From Eledone cirrhosa (taxonomy: Eukaryota), in contig OZ024745.1 of the NCBI GenBank assembly GCA_964016885.1, positions 32,550,001-32,614,000 of the forward strand: a DNA stretch of 64,000 bases. Reading direction: 5' to 3'. The translations under genes were made by a program, and so were the position numbers. Of this stretch, positions 1 to 13,327 are shown piece after piece; position 1 is the stretch's first letter, and every line of letters begins with the position of its first letter. The notes below the pieces were generated by a model. That model was not told the DNA's origin and made no database searches. It worked only from the letters and a program-made list of their open reading frames with translations.

Positions 1-579
1 GAGTTATAGATTCGTATGTCCCAACAATGTTTCCAATTAATTCCGACTTAGAATTACATCCTTTTTTAACGTTGTGAAATTCCTCTTCTAGAACCATTTC
101 CAATTCATACGTCTTCTCTTCTCATCACAACTATTTAGAATTAAATCTTAACCTCTCCGAAACCTCACCAAACTGTCCTAATGTTTCTTCCATGAAAACA
201 CCTTAGTTATGACCATTTACGTTATGAGTTTATATCCCAGTCGCCGGAGCAACTTTGCCTTTCATCTTTCCGAGTCGATAAAAAGTACCAGTCAATTACA
301 GGTGTCGATTTAATCGACTTTTCCCTCCTCTCAAATTGATGGCATTGCGTCTAAATTAGAAATCCTAATACATACATTTTTATTTGTCTTTACAGTTGAA
401 TAACATTACAAATATATTTTCAATATATACATTAATAACATTACAAATGCGTAAATAACATTATAAATTGCTCGCAATTCATTCAGAAGAACATCACAAA
501 TATAAAGTCTAAGCCGTGTATAAAAATATAATACAATTCATTGAACAATAATGATAAAAGAAAGAAAAAAAAAGGGGGG

Positions 580-760
580 GGGGCAATCGACCGTCCTCAC
601 ACCTTAGAGGTTAACTACATAATGGTTTCTGATTTATTTTATCGATCCCATAAGGATGAAAGGCAAAGCTAACCCCGGCGTGATTTGAACTCAGACCGTA
701 AAGGGCCATAACTCTATGCTGCAAAGCATGGTGTCTGAAGCTCTGCCAATCCATCGCCCT
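580..760 (-). mobile_element. tRNA-derived SINE (major family)
   Basis: ggatgaaaggcaaagctaacc...gatttgaactcaga...ctgccaatccatcgccc. A plus-strand partial copy lies at 215-365. Confidence 0.8.
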
Positions 761-1557
761 TTAAATTAGAAATCCTAATTAGTTACAAATTGACTTGGTT
801 ATTCCAGCGCCTTAGCCTCACTATCATCTGCAGCAATGCTTACCCCAAAATTATTAGAGACGAATCTCCAGTATCTCTTGTATCGTGTGGTTGAGTGGAT
901 GGTCTTCTCCCTTTTTTATCTTCTGTTATTAATTTTCCTATTTCTTTCTTTTTTATATACACACATTTTGCTTGTTGAATACAGTTTATATAACGAATAA
1001 ATCTTGGTTATATAGGTGCCAGGTGACTTCTAAAATTACTTGATCACTCGTCTAAAATAGCCTCTATGTGATTATCAAAATTTCATTTCTCAATGTTCAG
1101 CTGTCATTTTTTATCGTTTTGTCTATAGTTTTGATGTGACATTACATAAAGCAGAAACCTCTTGAGAATTTAGTGTATGAGTCATTGAACTCTTCAACTG
1201 TATTCAATTATGCTTATTTCAAATTAAAATTCCTCTTCCAACTTGAAGCAAATAACATCATACTCCATCATCTTATTAACAAATCGATCGTTTTAACTTT
1301 AAAACTAAAGCCAATAGATAAAATTCTTCTCGTTAAATCATGCATAACTTATTCCCTAACCAGAGAGCCTTGTTATCGTGGCCACTTCATCAACAATTCT
1401 AGGTTGAAATTTTTCTTATCTGAAATATACCATATGAAGCTGAAACTTCGAAATCAATGCAACTTTTCTGTTTAGGAAATAAATTTCTACGCTCTACTCA
1501 CCAGTATTAAGTGATCATTCAGTTAATGTTTCAATGTTTTAAATACTACGGTATTTT

Positions 1558-1629
<72 letters not shown>

Positions 1630-2491
1630 AGACGTTTTCATGGGAATGTTCTAACAAATATTTTTTGTGTTGATATGTATGTATGGATTTAATAACTAAG
1701 TATTCTTTATATTTATGACGGGACAGTCATTCCTAAAGATGGTATTGTACAATATTCTTTTAACAACAACACCATGCTGCATTAAGAGACAGTACAGTCA
1801 CCTTTGGGAAGCTACTGATCGCACGTCAGATATCTTTAAAAGAAATGTGACAATTGACATTTTCAGATGCATCTTGAGGCTTTAAGAGTTTCTTTCGTTC
1901 AAAAGGTATGTTGTAGCTACCTCCTGCTCTTGGATTACATAAGTATAGTCTTCGGCAATATCCTTTTTATCGTTTACCGAGTGTTTTTATTCTATGTCTT
2001 TGTTAGAGTATGCTAGGCCAGCCGAATATATAAACATACAGAGAAACCAACATAATAACTTGATCTGCCAAAAATAACAGCCAAACCACCCTCAAGCCAC
2101 ACACTACTGTCTGTTTTATAAAAGTTGGATAATGTTGTCTGAAGTACACTATTCAAGAAGAAAAGTCAATATAGTCGTATCTGGAATGGCCTTTGATGGT
2201 CATAGGTCAGCAGGAATGGCCTGTGGCTAAACAACAACAACACTCGGCTTTTGATGGTCATACACCAGGAATGGCCTGTGGCTAAACAACAACAACACTC
2301 ATGCCATAATAATAAAATAACCGTTTCTGAATGAGTTCCTCTGTAGTCCACTGGCAAAATCACATTCGTCGAATACAATCATTCCACAGACGACAAACTG
2401 ATTCTCCAAAGTTTTGATGAAAATATCACGTTCGAAAAATTTCTAACGTAATAAAATTGATCGAGAGTAATGTTCCATACACCACAAGCAA

Positions 2492-2560
2492 TCTATATTA
2501 TAAAAGAAGAGCTGTTTCTCCATCCGTCTGTCTGTCACGCTTACCTATATATAGAAGGAG
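2492..2560 (+). mobile_element. Helitron/Helentron-like 5' end
   Basis: A|TCTATATTATAAAAG followed by ccgtctgtctgtcac (GTCY microsatellite); similar motif at 8038-8115; no 3' end found. Confidence 0.45.
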
Positions 2561-3375
2561 TGAAAGGGGGAGGTAATACCCTTTTTTAAGTTGAAAGGAG
2601 AAAGGGGATAACTTAAATCATGCTTATTATACACGGTTTAGGCATATTTGTCCTTCTGAACGAATTGCGAGCAATTTTTGGTGTTATTTATGTATATATT
2701 TAAAACATATTTGCAACGTTATTCTACGGTAAATTTATACACCTGTGATAAAATCCCAGTAAGTTACGTTCATTTGTTTTGTAGTCTAAATAAGACTTGC
2801 ATATATTCTTTTAATGTAGCAATATTAAAGAAAATATAAAGGAAGGCGTGAACAACCGAGCTAACACCAGCACAAAAGACAGCAGCGAGGGGTACTGGGC
2901 AACCTCTCTAATGATTTTTGAGGCAAGCCAGCACACTCGCAGCGTTGCCTCGGGTGATGGCGAGGCTAATGCGCTGGAACAGCCAAGCGCTCTCGCGAGA
3001 TTCGCCATGTTTATTGCAAGCTACAAAGGTTATAGGTAATAAGGTAGAGATCTGTAGGAGGGGGGAGAAGACAGTGGGAGGGGTGCCTAGTAAAGATTGT
3101 TGATAGACGAGGTTTTTAGTGTGTGAAAAAATCTTTTGTTGATCGTAAATTCAAGAGAACAAAGATCGAGGATAGTAAACCAATTCTACATTTGATATCT
3201 AATGATTCAGCAATTTTGTTTGCTTTTACATAAGATTCAACGTATTTAGATGTGGTAATTTGTTTCAGATGTATTCCAATGTGACATTGACTTTTATATC
3301 ATCTGCAGCAATCATTTTGCTCTTATTAGCATATTAGCATTGATTTTATGACAAATAGCGAAAGTATATTTTGGG

Positions 3376-3466
<91 letters not shown>

Positions 3467-3514
3467 ACATTGTTTTCTGTTTTCTTCACTTTATCACCTT
3501 ATATTTATATTTAA

Positions 3515-4330
3515 GTTGAGATTGGTTAAAACACACACACATTTTATTTGATTATCCTATTTCGTTTTATTCTTTTACCATCAGGTTCCTCCTACCACTT
3601 TATCCAACATATTTCTGACCTTGAGATTGGTTATAGCACACACACATTTTATTTTATGTGAATCTTCATTTTTATTTTTCACTTTTCACTTTCATTTTTC
3701 ATTTTCATTTTCATTTTTCATTACTTTTTCATTAATTTTTCATTTATTCTCTATTTATTATTTATTTTCTGTTTTCTTCATTTCATTTTATTGCCTTCTA
3801 TTTCTTCATATTCATGGCAGAACCCCCACCCGCACCCCGCAGGAGGGATGAAGAAACACACACACAGATACTTCTAAATGTCAGCAGCAGCAAGACATAG
3901 GCTGACCACAACACCAACAACACTACCAAAATAAGGGTAGAGGTCATATGTACTTAACAATAGCAAACACAAACACTACAGGGAGCCTCACCCGAGAAAG
4001 AATTTCTATAGACTTTTGACTGAGGAATGCTCTCAAAACTGACCAATGGGAAGAGTGACCTTACAAATCTTTATAACATTGAGATGGGTATAACACATAC
4101 ATCTTATTTGATTATTTTATTTTATTTTGTTCCTTTACCACTTTATTCCTTCTACCACTTTATCATTTTTTTTAGCTGACTCCAACAACAACACCACTAC
4201 CAACACAAGAATAGAGGTCAGATGTACCTAACAATAACAAGAACAACAACTACAGATTGGCTTGCCTCAGAACGAATTTCTATAGACTTTTGACTGAGGA
4301 ATGTTCTAACAACTGACCAATGAGAAGATA
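3515..4330. repeat. Diverged local direct duplication
   Basis: 3515-3620 resembles 4080-4170, and 3900-4060 resembles 4175-4330 (shared gaatttctatagacttttgactgaggaatg). Confidence 0.75.
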
Positions 4331-4485
4331 AGAGGCCCTTTGACGCTGAAATTCGTTTGTTTAAATTCATATGATTCCAGTTCCTCAGTGAAATAAGAAC
4401 CCAACCAGGAACTGGGCATATCAGAGTATTGACAAAGTTATACACCTCAACAACATGTGTAATCGTCTCTACCACACTAATTCGG

Positions 4486-4540
4486 ACTGCCTGAAGAGGT
4501 CACAGCCAAAGATGGCTGTCACCGAAATATATATAGCAGT
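4486..4540 (+). ncRNA. Type I hammerhead ribozyme motif (Penelope-like), intact core
   Basis: actgc-CTGAAGA-ggtcacagcca(aaga)tggctgtcacc-GAAA-tatata-TA-gcagt: stem I actgc/gcagt, long stem II, palindromic loop III. AATAAA follows immediately at 4541-4546. Confidence 0.85.
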
Positions 4541-4688
4541 AATAAACGAAGCCAAATTTTAAACATTTGACTTATTTATTTTATTTTATTTTATTTTACA
4601 TTACTCCGGAGTAACCAAACCAACCTGCGCACTTCGTCGAGTGCTCCAATCTGCATATTGAGGTGTTGGTATACAACCAACATATACT

Positions 4689-4745
<57 letters not shown>

Positions 4746-4841
4746 AATGAAGTAATTCCGTCGGAAAAGTCCAGGAAAAAAGAGTGCTCTATGTAGGTAA
4801 CAGAGCTTAATAGTTATGTAATAAACAACATAAGGCAATTA

Positions 4842-4901
4842 TTCCATTTACCAGTGGTTTCTTAAAAGCAAAAGATTTTGCTTTCAATCCTCAGAATGAA
4901 A
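4842..4901 (-). ncRNA. Type I hammerhead ribozyme motif, intact core
   Basis: Minus strand: tttcatt-CTGAGGA-ttgaaagcaaaa(tc)ttttgcttttaa-GAAA-ccactgg-TA-aatggaa. All three stems pair; cleavage triplet GUA. Confidence 0.88.
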
Positions 4902-4957
4902 AAATCCTGGTCTGTTTATTGAATTTGGATTTTAAAAACAAAAATGCAATCTATATG

Positions 4958-5341
<384 letters not shown>

Positions 5342-7960
5342 ATTCTATTATAAGTTGAGCCAACTTGTACAACTTCAAATGCAAATGAGATTAATAACTT
5401 CATTTACACAGATTAATCACCTTATGCATACAGAAGTCAAAGTTGAACAATTTCTTTATTGGCAACTACACTAAATACTAATTTCGAATTGGAAAATTGG
5501 AAAATAGCTGTATATCTGATCTTTCATTTTGATTTCACAAGCTGAACAGTCTTATATTTGCTGTAGCAACCGGATATACCTTCGACTTGAAGAGTATATG
5601 GACGTGTGTACTATTATATTCACTTTCCTATTACAGTAATACTTAGTCGTTTGCCACGTTAATATTGTTGTTCTGTAATTTGCTCACAATAGCAGCAGTT
5701 TTGATGGATGACCACTTGTTCTTCATAGACTGTATGTTGTTCATGGCTTCATTCCAAATGCATTTTTTTTTAAAGATCACCATAAAATGTTGCTGAGAGT
5801 TGACAAACTTTAAACAAAATGTCCGCTCAAAGATCTATTTATTACCTATAACCAGCCATTGATTTCAAAAAGACTCTTCTGAGTACACCAGATGTTTGAC
5901 TATCAGTCATGCAACAGGTGTTTCGTTGTTGTTTCTCAGCTCGCTATATGTCATGATATCCTAACATCTGGTGTACTCACTACTTTTGCCAGTTGGCCTA
6001 TAGTTTTAGAGAGTGAAAGATCATCTCTAAAAAGTGTTGGTAATATGTAATAAATAGCCGATAAGTTTCAAAAATCCGATTCAATAAATAAAAATATATA
6101 AAGGGCAAATGATGACAAATAAAACAAAATAAAGTAATGTTTTACCCAGTATATTTCAGCATGATATTTCAGGGCTATTACCCTCTTTTCAAATGTGGAG
6201 CTGAAACAGTTCAAAACAAAACGAACGATCGATATTCTTCCTTAACTGGCCTTCGTGTCTGAAATACGTATGCGTGAAATTGCTATTAATTTAATACTAA
6301 ACATTACGAATAAGTAAATGATTGACAAAAGTAAGAAGAAAAAGGAAATAAATGAAATTCTTCCTCATTTGGTTTGCTTTCCATTTGTGTGCAAACGTGC
6401 AAATTGTCTTTTAGCAAACATAGGTATATATTGGTTTATAATTTTGGTACATGATCACATATCTGCGAGAAAGGATTATAATAGATTGAATCAATGGCAA
6501 TACATTGCTAGTATTTCTCGTGTAGATCCCAGGAGAGGGAAAAACAATCTCAGTTCGAACTGAATTTGAATACAAGGTATTTGATTCGAAATCTTTCTAT
6601 TTCTGTCAGTCCACTGCCCTCTATATGAATTATATGTTAAGCTATGTACTACTTGACTGATGTTAATTGTGGAAGCAGTTCCATTAAAAACTGATACATC
6701 ACTTATTTAATCAAGTGTAAATCATTCTGGCGACTGTTAAAACACACGATGTAATAAAAATAAGCTATTCGATAAGAATCTCTCCCTGTATTTCTCTATT
6801 TTTCTACCGCTCTACCTAACTATCTCTCTATCTCTTTATCTCTATATATAATCAACTATTTTTGGGGTTTCACAAGTACTATTTCTTTCATCTTAAACAA
6901 CTTTACTATGGATTTGATCTTTTCCTACTTTCATAGAAAATTGGATTAAATCTCTGATAAGAAAAGAGGAAAAAATGTTTGGAAGAAAAAGCTTGGAGCC
7001 CACCATTTTGTTTTCTTTGTTCTCACAAAAATGAATATACGTTCATGTGAAGTGGAAACCTATAACTATCAAATAACTATCCAAGTTGGTTCGAGAAATC
7101 AAAAGTGACTGTGATTATTCTAGTTTATTTCCCGAACAGTTCAAATGGTTACAAACTCTTCTAGTTAATGTTTAGTCTTAGGTCAACCCTGATCAAGCAA
7201 ACCTATAAACAAAAACGATCTATTTCGACTTTTCTTTTTAAACATAATGCATCTAAGACTATTATTATTGAACAAAAGCTTCTTATATTTAAGGGAGATC
7301 CGGTGGAGATTTGGCTACTATTTCTAACAGGCTTAGTGACCCTGCAAAAGTTCTTGTTTGAAGTATTTTACTAGACCTTATAAAATACATAAAATAATTT
7401 GCTCTGTCTGGCTTTAAAACTGAGCAAAATGTATCACTGTCAAACAACCCCCACCCCCACCCATTGGTCAAACCTACGAATCCACAATGCATATCATTGT
7501 CGAATGTATGGCATACGGAGTCTGTCACTAAGGTCTTAATGACCGATCAACCTCCTCCGTATCAATTATCTGTTTATATTTTACCGTATTCCAGTATTTG
7601 TTTACTTAACATTTAAATCTATCATGTGAATTACACCTGAAGACGCCGCAATGTCTTTCACCATGACTTGATTACGTGGGCCTGTCAGCCATACAAAAAC
7701 GTATTGTGATTATGCAACATTAACAGAATATTTTGAATCGGGCCTGCTTTTATTCATTGAAGTATTTAACTCCATTCTTTCACCACATACGACAAATGAT
7801 ATGCATAACGTTGAGTGCTTTTGATAATTGCATCATGATCTGCAAATCGGAATGACTGGATTGGTTAAACGCATTAGTTAAAACATTCAACATAAATATG
7901 TGTGTGTGTGTGTGTTTCAAATATTTACGCCATTTTTATATAAATCCAAACTACTTTGGA

Positions 7961-8017
<57 letters not shown>

Positions 8018-8119
8018 CAGCAGCAGCAGTAGTAGTAATCTATAAAGTAATAATCGATATTATAAAAGGAAACCGGTTTCTCTGTCTCTCGGTCTCTCTG
8101 TCTGTCCGTCACACTTCAT

Positions 8120-8637
8120 ATGTGTGTATGTTTGTGTACTGTCTCTACGTGTGTGTGTGTATGTTTGTGTGTTGTCTCTACGTGTGTGTGTGTGTGTATG
8201 TTTGTGTGTTGTCCCTGCGTGTGTGTGTGTGTGTGTATGTTTGTGTATTGTCTCTGCGTGTGTGTGTGTGTGTGTATGTTTGTGTATTGTCTCTGCGTGT
8301 GTGTGTGTGTGTGTGTGTATGTTTGTGTATTGTCTCTGCGTGTGTGAGTGTGTGTATTGTCTCTGCGTGTGTGTGTGTGTGTGTATGTTTGTGTATTGTC
8401 TCTGCGTGTGTGTGTGTATGTTTGTGTATTGTCTCTGCGTGTGTGTGTGTATGTTTATGTATTGTCTCTGCGTGTGTGTGTGTGTGTGTATGTTTGTGTA
8501 TTGTCTCTGCGTGTGTGAGTGTGTGTATTGTCTCTGCGTGTGTGTGTGTGTGTATGTTTGTGTATTGTCTCTGCGTGTGTGTGTGTGTGTGTATGTTTGT
8601 GTATTGTCTCTGCGTGTGTGAGTGTGTGTATTGTCTC

Positions 8638-8676
<39 letters not shown>

Positions 8677-10230
8677 ATGTTTGTGTATTGTCTGTGTGTG
8701 TGTGTGTGTATGTTTGTGTATTGTCTCTGCGTGTGTGTGTGTGTGTATGTTTGTGTATTGTCTCTGCGTGTGTGTGTGTGTGTATGTTTGTGTATTGTCT
8801 CTGCGTGTGTGTGTGTGTATGTTTGTGTATTGTCTCTGCGTGTGTGTGTGTATGTTTGTGTATTGTCTCTGCGTGTGTGTGTGTGTGTGTGTATGTTTGT
8901 GTATTGTCTCTGCGTGTGTGTGTGTATGTTTGTGTATTGTCTCTGCGTGTGTGTGTGTATGTTTGTGTATTGTCTCTGCGTGTGTGTGTGTGTGTGTATG
9001 TTTGTGTATTGTCTCTGCGTGTGTGTGTGTATGTTTATGTATTGTCTCTGCGTGTGTGTGTGTGTGTGTATGTTTGTGTATTGTCTCTGCGTGTGAGTGT
9101 GTGTATTGTCTCTGCGTGTGTGTGTGTGTGTATGTTTGTGTATTGTCTCTGCGTGTGTGTGTGTGTGTGTGTGTGTTTGTGTATTGTCTCTGCGTGTGTG
9201 AGTGTGTGTATTGTCTCTGCGTGTGTGTGTGTGTGTATGTTTGTGTATTGTCTCTGCGTGTGTGTGTGTGTGTGTATGTTTGTGTATTGTCTCTGCGTGT
9301 GTGAGTGTGTGTATTGTCTCTGCGTGTGTGTGTGTGTGTGTGTGTGTGCATGTTTGTGTATTGTCTGTGTGTGTGTGTGTGTATGTTTGTGTATTGTCTC
9401 TGCGTGTGTGTGTGTGTGTATGTTTGTGTATTGTCTCTGCGTGTGTGTGTGTGTGTATGTTTGTGTATTGTCTCTGCGTGTGTGTGTGTGTGTGTATGTT
9501 TGTGTATTGTCTCTGCGTGTGTGTGTGTATGTTTGTGTAGTCTCTGCGTTTGCGTGTGTGTGTGTTTGTGTATTGTCTCTGCGTGTGTGTGTGTGTGTAT
9601 GTTTGTGTATTGTCTGTGTGTGTGTGTGTGTGTGTGTATGTTTGTGTATTGTCTCTGCGTGTGTGTGTGTGTATGTTTGTGTATTGTCTCTGCGTGTGTG
9701 TGTGTGTATGTTTGTGTATTGTCTCTGCGTGTGTGTGTATGTTTGTGTATTGTCTCTGCGTGTGTGTGTGTGTGTATGTTTGTGTATTGTCTCTACGTGT
9801 GTGTGTGTGTGTATGTTTCTGTATTGTCTCTGCGTGTGTGTGTGTGTATGTTTGTGTATTGTCTCTGCGTGTGTGTGTGTGTTTGTGTATTGTCTCTGCG
9901 TGTGTGTGTGTGTGTATGTTTGTGTATTGTCTCTGCGTGTGTGTGTGTGTGTGTGTGTATGTTTGTGTATTGTCTCTGCGTGTGTGTGTGTATGTTTGTG
10001 TATTGTCTCTGCGTGTGTGTGTGTGTGTGTGTATGTTTGTGTATTGTCTCTGCATGTGTGTGTGTGTGTATGTTTGTGTATTGTCTCTGCGTGTGTGTAT
10101 GTTTGGGTATTGTCTCTGCGTGTGTGTGTGTGTGTATGTTTGTGTATTGTCTCTGCGTGTGTGTGTGTGTATGTTTGTGTATTGTCTCTGCGTGTGTGTG
10201 TGTGTTTGTGTATTGTCTCTGCGAGTGTGT
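8120..10230. repeat. Compound minisatellite: ATGTTTGTGTATTGTCTCTGC plus variable (GT)n
   Basis: Dozens of directly visible units; the overlapping V/C/H/T-rich ORFs are artefacts. Confidence 0.95.
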
Positions 10231-10381
10231 AAAAATATCAACATATAGGCAAGACAACTTCAAAATAGGGGAAAAGACGTGTGTATGTGTGTGTGTGTGT
10301 TTGTGTTGTGTGTGTGTGTGTATTTGTGTTGTGTGTGTGTGTTGTGTGTGTGTGTTTGTGTGTGTGTATGTTTGTGTTGTG

Positions 10382-10416
<35 letters not shown>

Positions 10417-10423
10417 ATTTGTG

Positions 10424-10464
<41 letters not shown>

Positions 10465-10519
10465 TGTTGTGTGTGTGTATGTGTGTGTGTGTATGTGTGT
10501 CTGTGTGTGTGTGTGTGTG

Positions 10520-10854
10520 TTCTTCAGCATATAGATATGCAACAGACTTCAAAAGCCTTTCTCAGAAAAAAACGTGTCAAACGAGTTTTGATTGAAAAAA
10601 TGACAATTTTAAGTGCAAGTTTGTCATCATAAAGACGTGAACTGTCTTCAATAGTATGGATACTTCGAACATGTGGCCCTCGTCTAAATTTGAAATGTTA
10701 ATGTGGCCCTTTTGTGCAGGAAGGTTGGGTATCTTTGCATTAGATAAAACTTGCACTTAAGAAGTTGGGTCTATTTTTTCAATCAAAACTCGTTGACACG
10801 TGATTTTTCTGAGAAAGGCTTTTGAAGTCTGTTGCATATCTATATGCTGAAGAA
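10520..10854. repeat. Inverted repeat (about 105-bp arms)
   Basis: ttcttcagcatatagatatgcaacagacttcaaaagcctttctcagaaaaa... at 10520-10625 is the reverse complement of 10743-10854. Confidence 0.8.
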
Positions 10855-10861
10855 TGGGTTT

Positions 10862-12858
10862 GTTAATGTGCCATACATATGAGACTCTAGCATTAATGTA
10901 GCCATACATATGAGACCTCTACTTTAATGTAGCCATACATATGAACCTCTACATTAATCTAGCCATACATATGAGACTCTACATTAATGTAGCCATACAT
11001 ATGAGACTCTACATTAATGTAGCCATACATATGAGACCTCTACATTAATCTAGCCATACATATGAACCACTACATTAATCTAGCCATACATATGAACCTC
11101 TACATTAATGTAGCCATACATATGAACCACTACATTAATCTAGCCATACATATGAGACTCTACATTAATCTAGCCATACATATGAACCACTACATTAATC
11201 TAGCCATACATATGAACCTCTACATTAATGTAGCCATACATATGAACCACTACATTAATCTAGCCATACATATGAGACTCTACATTAATCTAGCCATACA
11301 TATGAACCACTACATTAATCTAGCCATACATATGAGACTCTACATTAATCTAGCCATACATATGAACCACTACATTAATCTAGCCATACATATGAGACTC
11401 TACATTAATCTAGCCATACATATGAACCACTACATTAATCTAGCCATACATATGAACCACTACATTAATCTAGCCATACATATGAGACTCTACATTAATC
11501 TAGCCATACATATGAGACTCTACATTAATCCAGCCATACATATGAACCTCTACATTAATCTAGCCATACATATGAACCTCTACATTAATCTAGCCATACA
11601 TATGAGACTCTACATTAATCTAGCCAAACATATGAACCTCTACATTAATCTAGCCATACATATGAGACTCTACATTAATGTAGCCATACATATGAGACTC
11701 TACATTAATCTAGCCATACATATGAACCTCTACATTAATCTAGCCATACATATGAGACTCTACATTAATGTAGCCATACATATGAGACTCTACATTAATC
11801 TAGCCATACATATGAACCACTACATTAATCTAGCCATACATATGAGACTCTACATTAATCTAGCCATACATATGAGACTCTACATTAATCTAGCCATACA
11901 TATGGACCACTCATTAATCTAGCCATACATATGAACCTCTACATTAATCTAGCCATACATATGAACCTCTACATTAATCTAGCCATACATATGAACCACT
12001 ACATTAATCTAGCCATACATATGAACCTCTACATTAATCTAGCCATACATATGAACCACTACATTAATCTAGCCATACATATGAGACTCTACATTAATCT
12101 AGCCATACATATGAACCACTACATTAATCTAGCCATACATATGAGACTCTACATTAATCTAGCCATACATATGAACCACTACATTAATCTAGCCATACAT
12201 ATGAACCTCTACATTAATCTAGCCATACATATGAGACTCTACATTAATCTAGCCATACATATGGACCACTCATTAATCTAGCCATACATATGAACCTCTA
12301 CATTAATCTAGCCATACATATGAACCTGTACATTAATCTAGCCATACATATGAACCACTACATTAATCTAGCCATACATATGGACCACTCATTAATCTAG
12401 CCATACATATGAACCTGTACATTAATCTAGCCATACATATGAACCTCTACATTAATCTAGCCATACATATGGACCACTCATTAATCTAGCCATACATATG
12501 AGACTCTACATTAATGTAGCCATACATATGAACCTCTACATTAATGTAGCCATACATATGGACCACTCATTAATGTAGCCATACATATGGATCTCTACAT
12601 TAATATAGCCATACATATGGATCTCTACATTAATGTAGCCATACATATGAACCTCTACATTAATCTAGCCATACATATGAACCTCTACATTAATGTAGCC
12701 ATACATATGAACCTCTACATTAATCTAGCCATACATATGAGACTCTACATTAATGTAGCCATACATATGGACCACTCATTAATGTAGCCATACATATGGA
12801 TCTCTACATTAATATAGCCATACATATGGATCTCTACATTAATGTAGCCATACATATG
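10862..12858. repeat. 30-bp minisatellite (TACATTAATCTAGCCATACATATGAGACTC and variants)
   Basis: About 66 tandem units; 29-bp variants in the distal half. Confidence 0.97.
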
Positions 12859-12979
12859 CCTAAAAGGATGAGATGTTGATAACTGAATGAGTGAGTTGTT
12901 CACATTGAATTACTTGATGTGAAGATGTTTGAAAGTATTTGTCCAAACATTCCCTAAACAACATATAGGTACTTTGCAG

Positions 12980-13240
12980 TACACAGCACTTTTAATTAGG
13001 GACTTTCTGGCAAAGAAAACATTCCCACTCTTCCACATCCTCCCTACAGCCCAGATCTAGCTCTGTGTGATTTTTACCTCTTTCCTAAATTGAAATCGAA
13101 GGTGAAGGGTCATCATTTTGGGACTGTGGAAAACACAAAAAAGTAAAACCGACGAGCCAAGGACACTCACAGATAATGAATGCTGGTACTGCTAGGATCA
13201 ATGGAAAAAATGTTGTAACCACTGTGATAACTTGTAATTT
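12980..13240 (+). mobile_element. Mariner transposase remnant
   Basis: NIPTLPHPPYSPDLALCDFYLFPKLKSKVKGHHFGTVE contains the YSPDL(A)P-like mariner motif. Confidence 0.88.
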
Positions 13241-13327
13241 CATGTGCGTCTATTATACAGCTAAATAAAACATTAATAACATATGTATTGGGTATATGTC
13301 TAAAAAGTTGCAGTTTTAGTGTTACTT

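Noticed and set aside
7900-10632. Long V/C-rich and H/T-rich ORFs (up to 688 aa)
   Set aside because: Translations of the (GT)n minisatellite, open in several frames on both strands; no coding signature.
11062-12787. ORFs of repeated MNHYINLAIH decapeptides; CRISPR-like appearance
   Set aside because: A 30-bp unit is stop-free in one frame by chance, and 29-bp units break it. The spacers are not unique and there are no cas genes; the context is eukaryotic.
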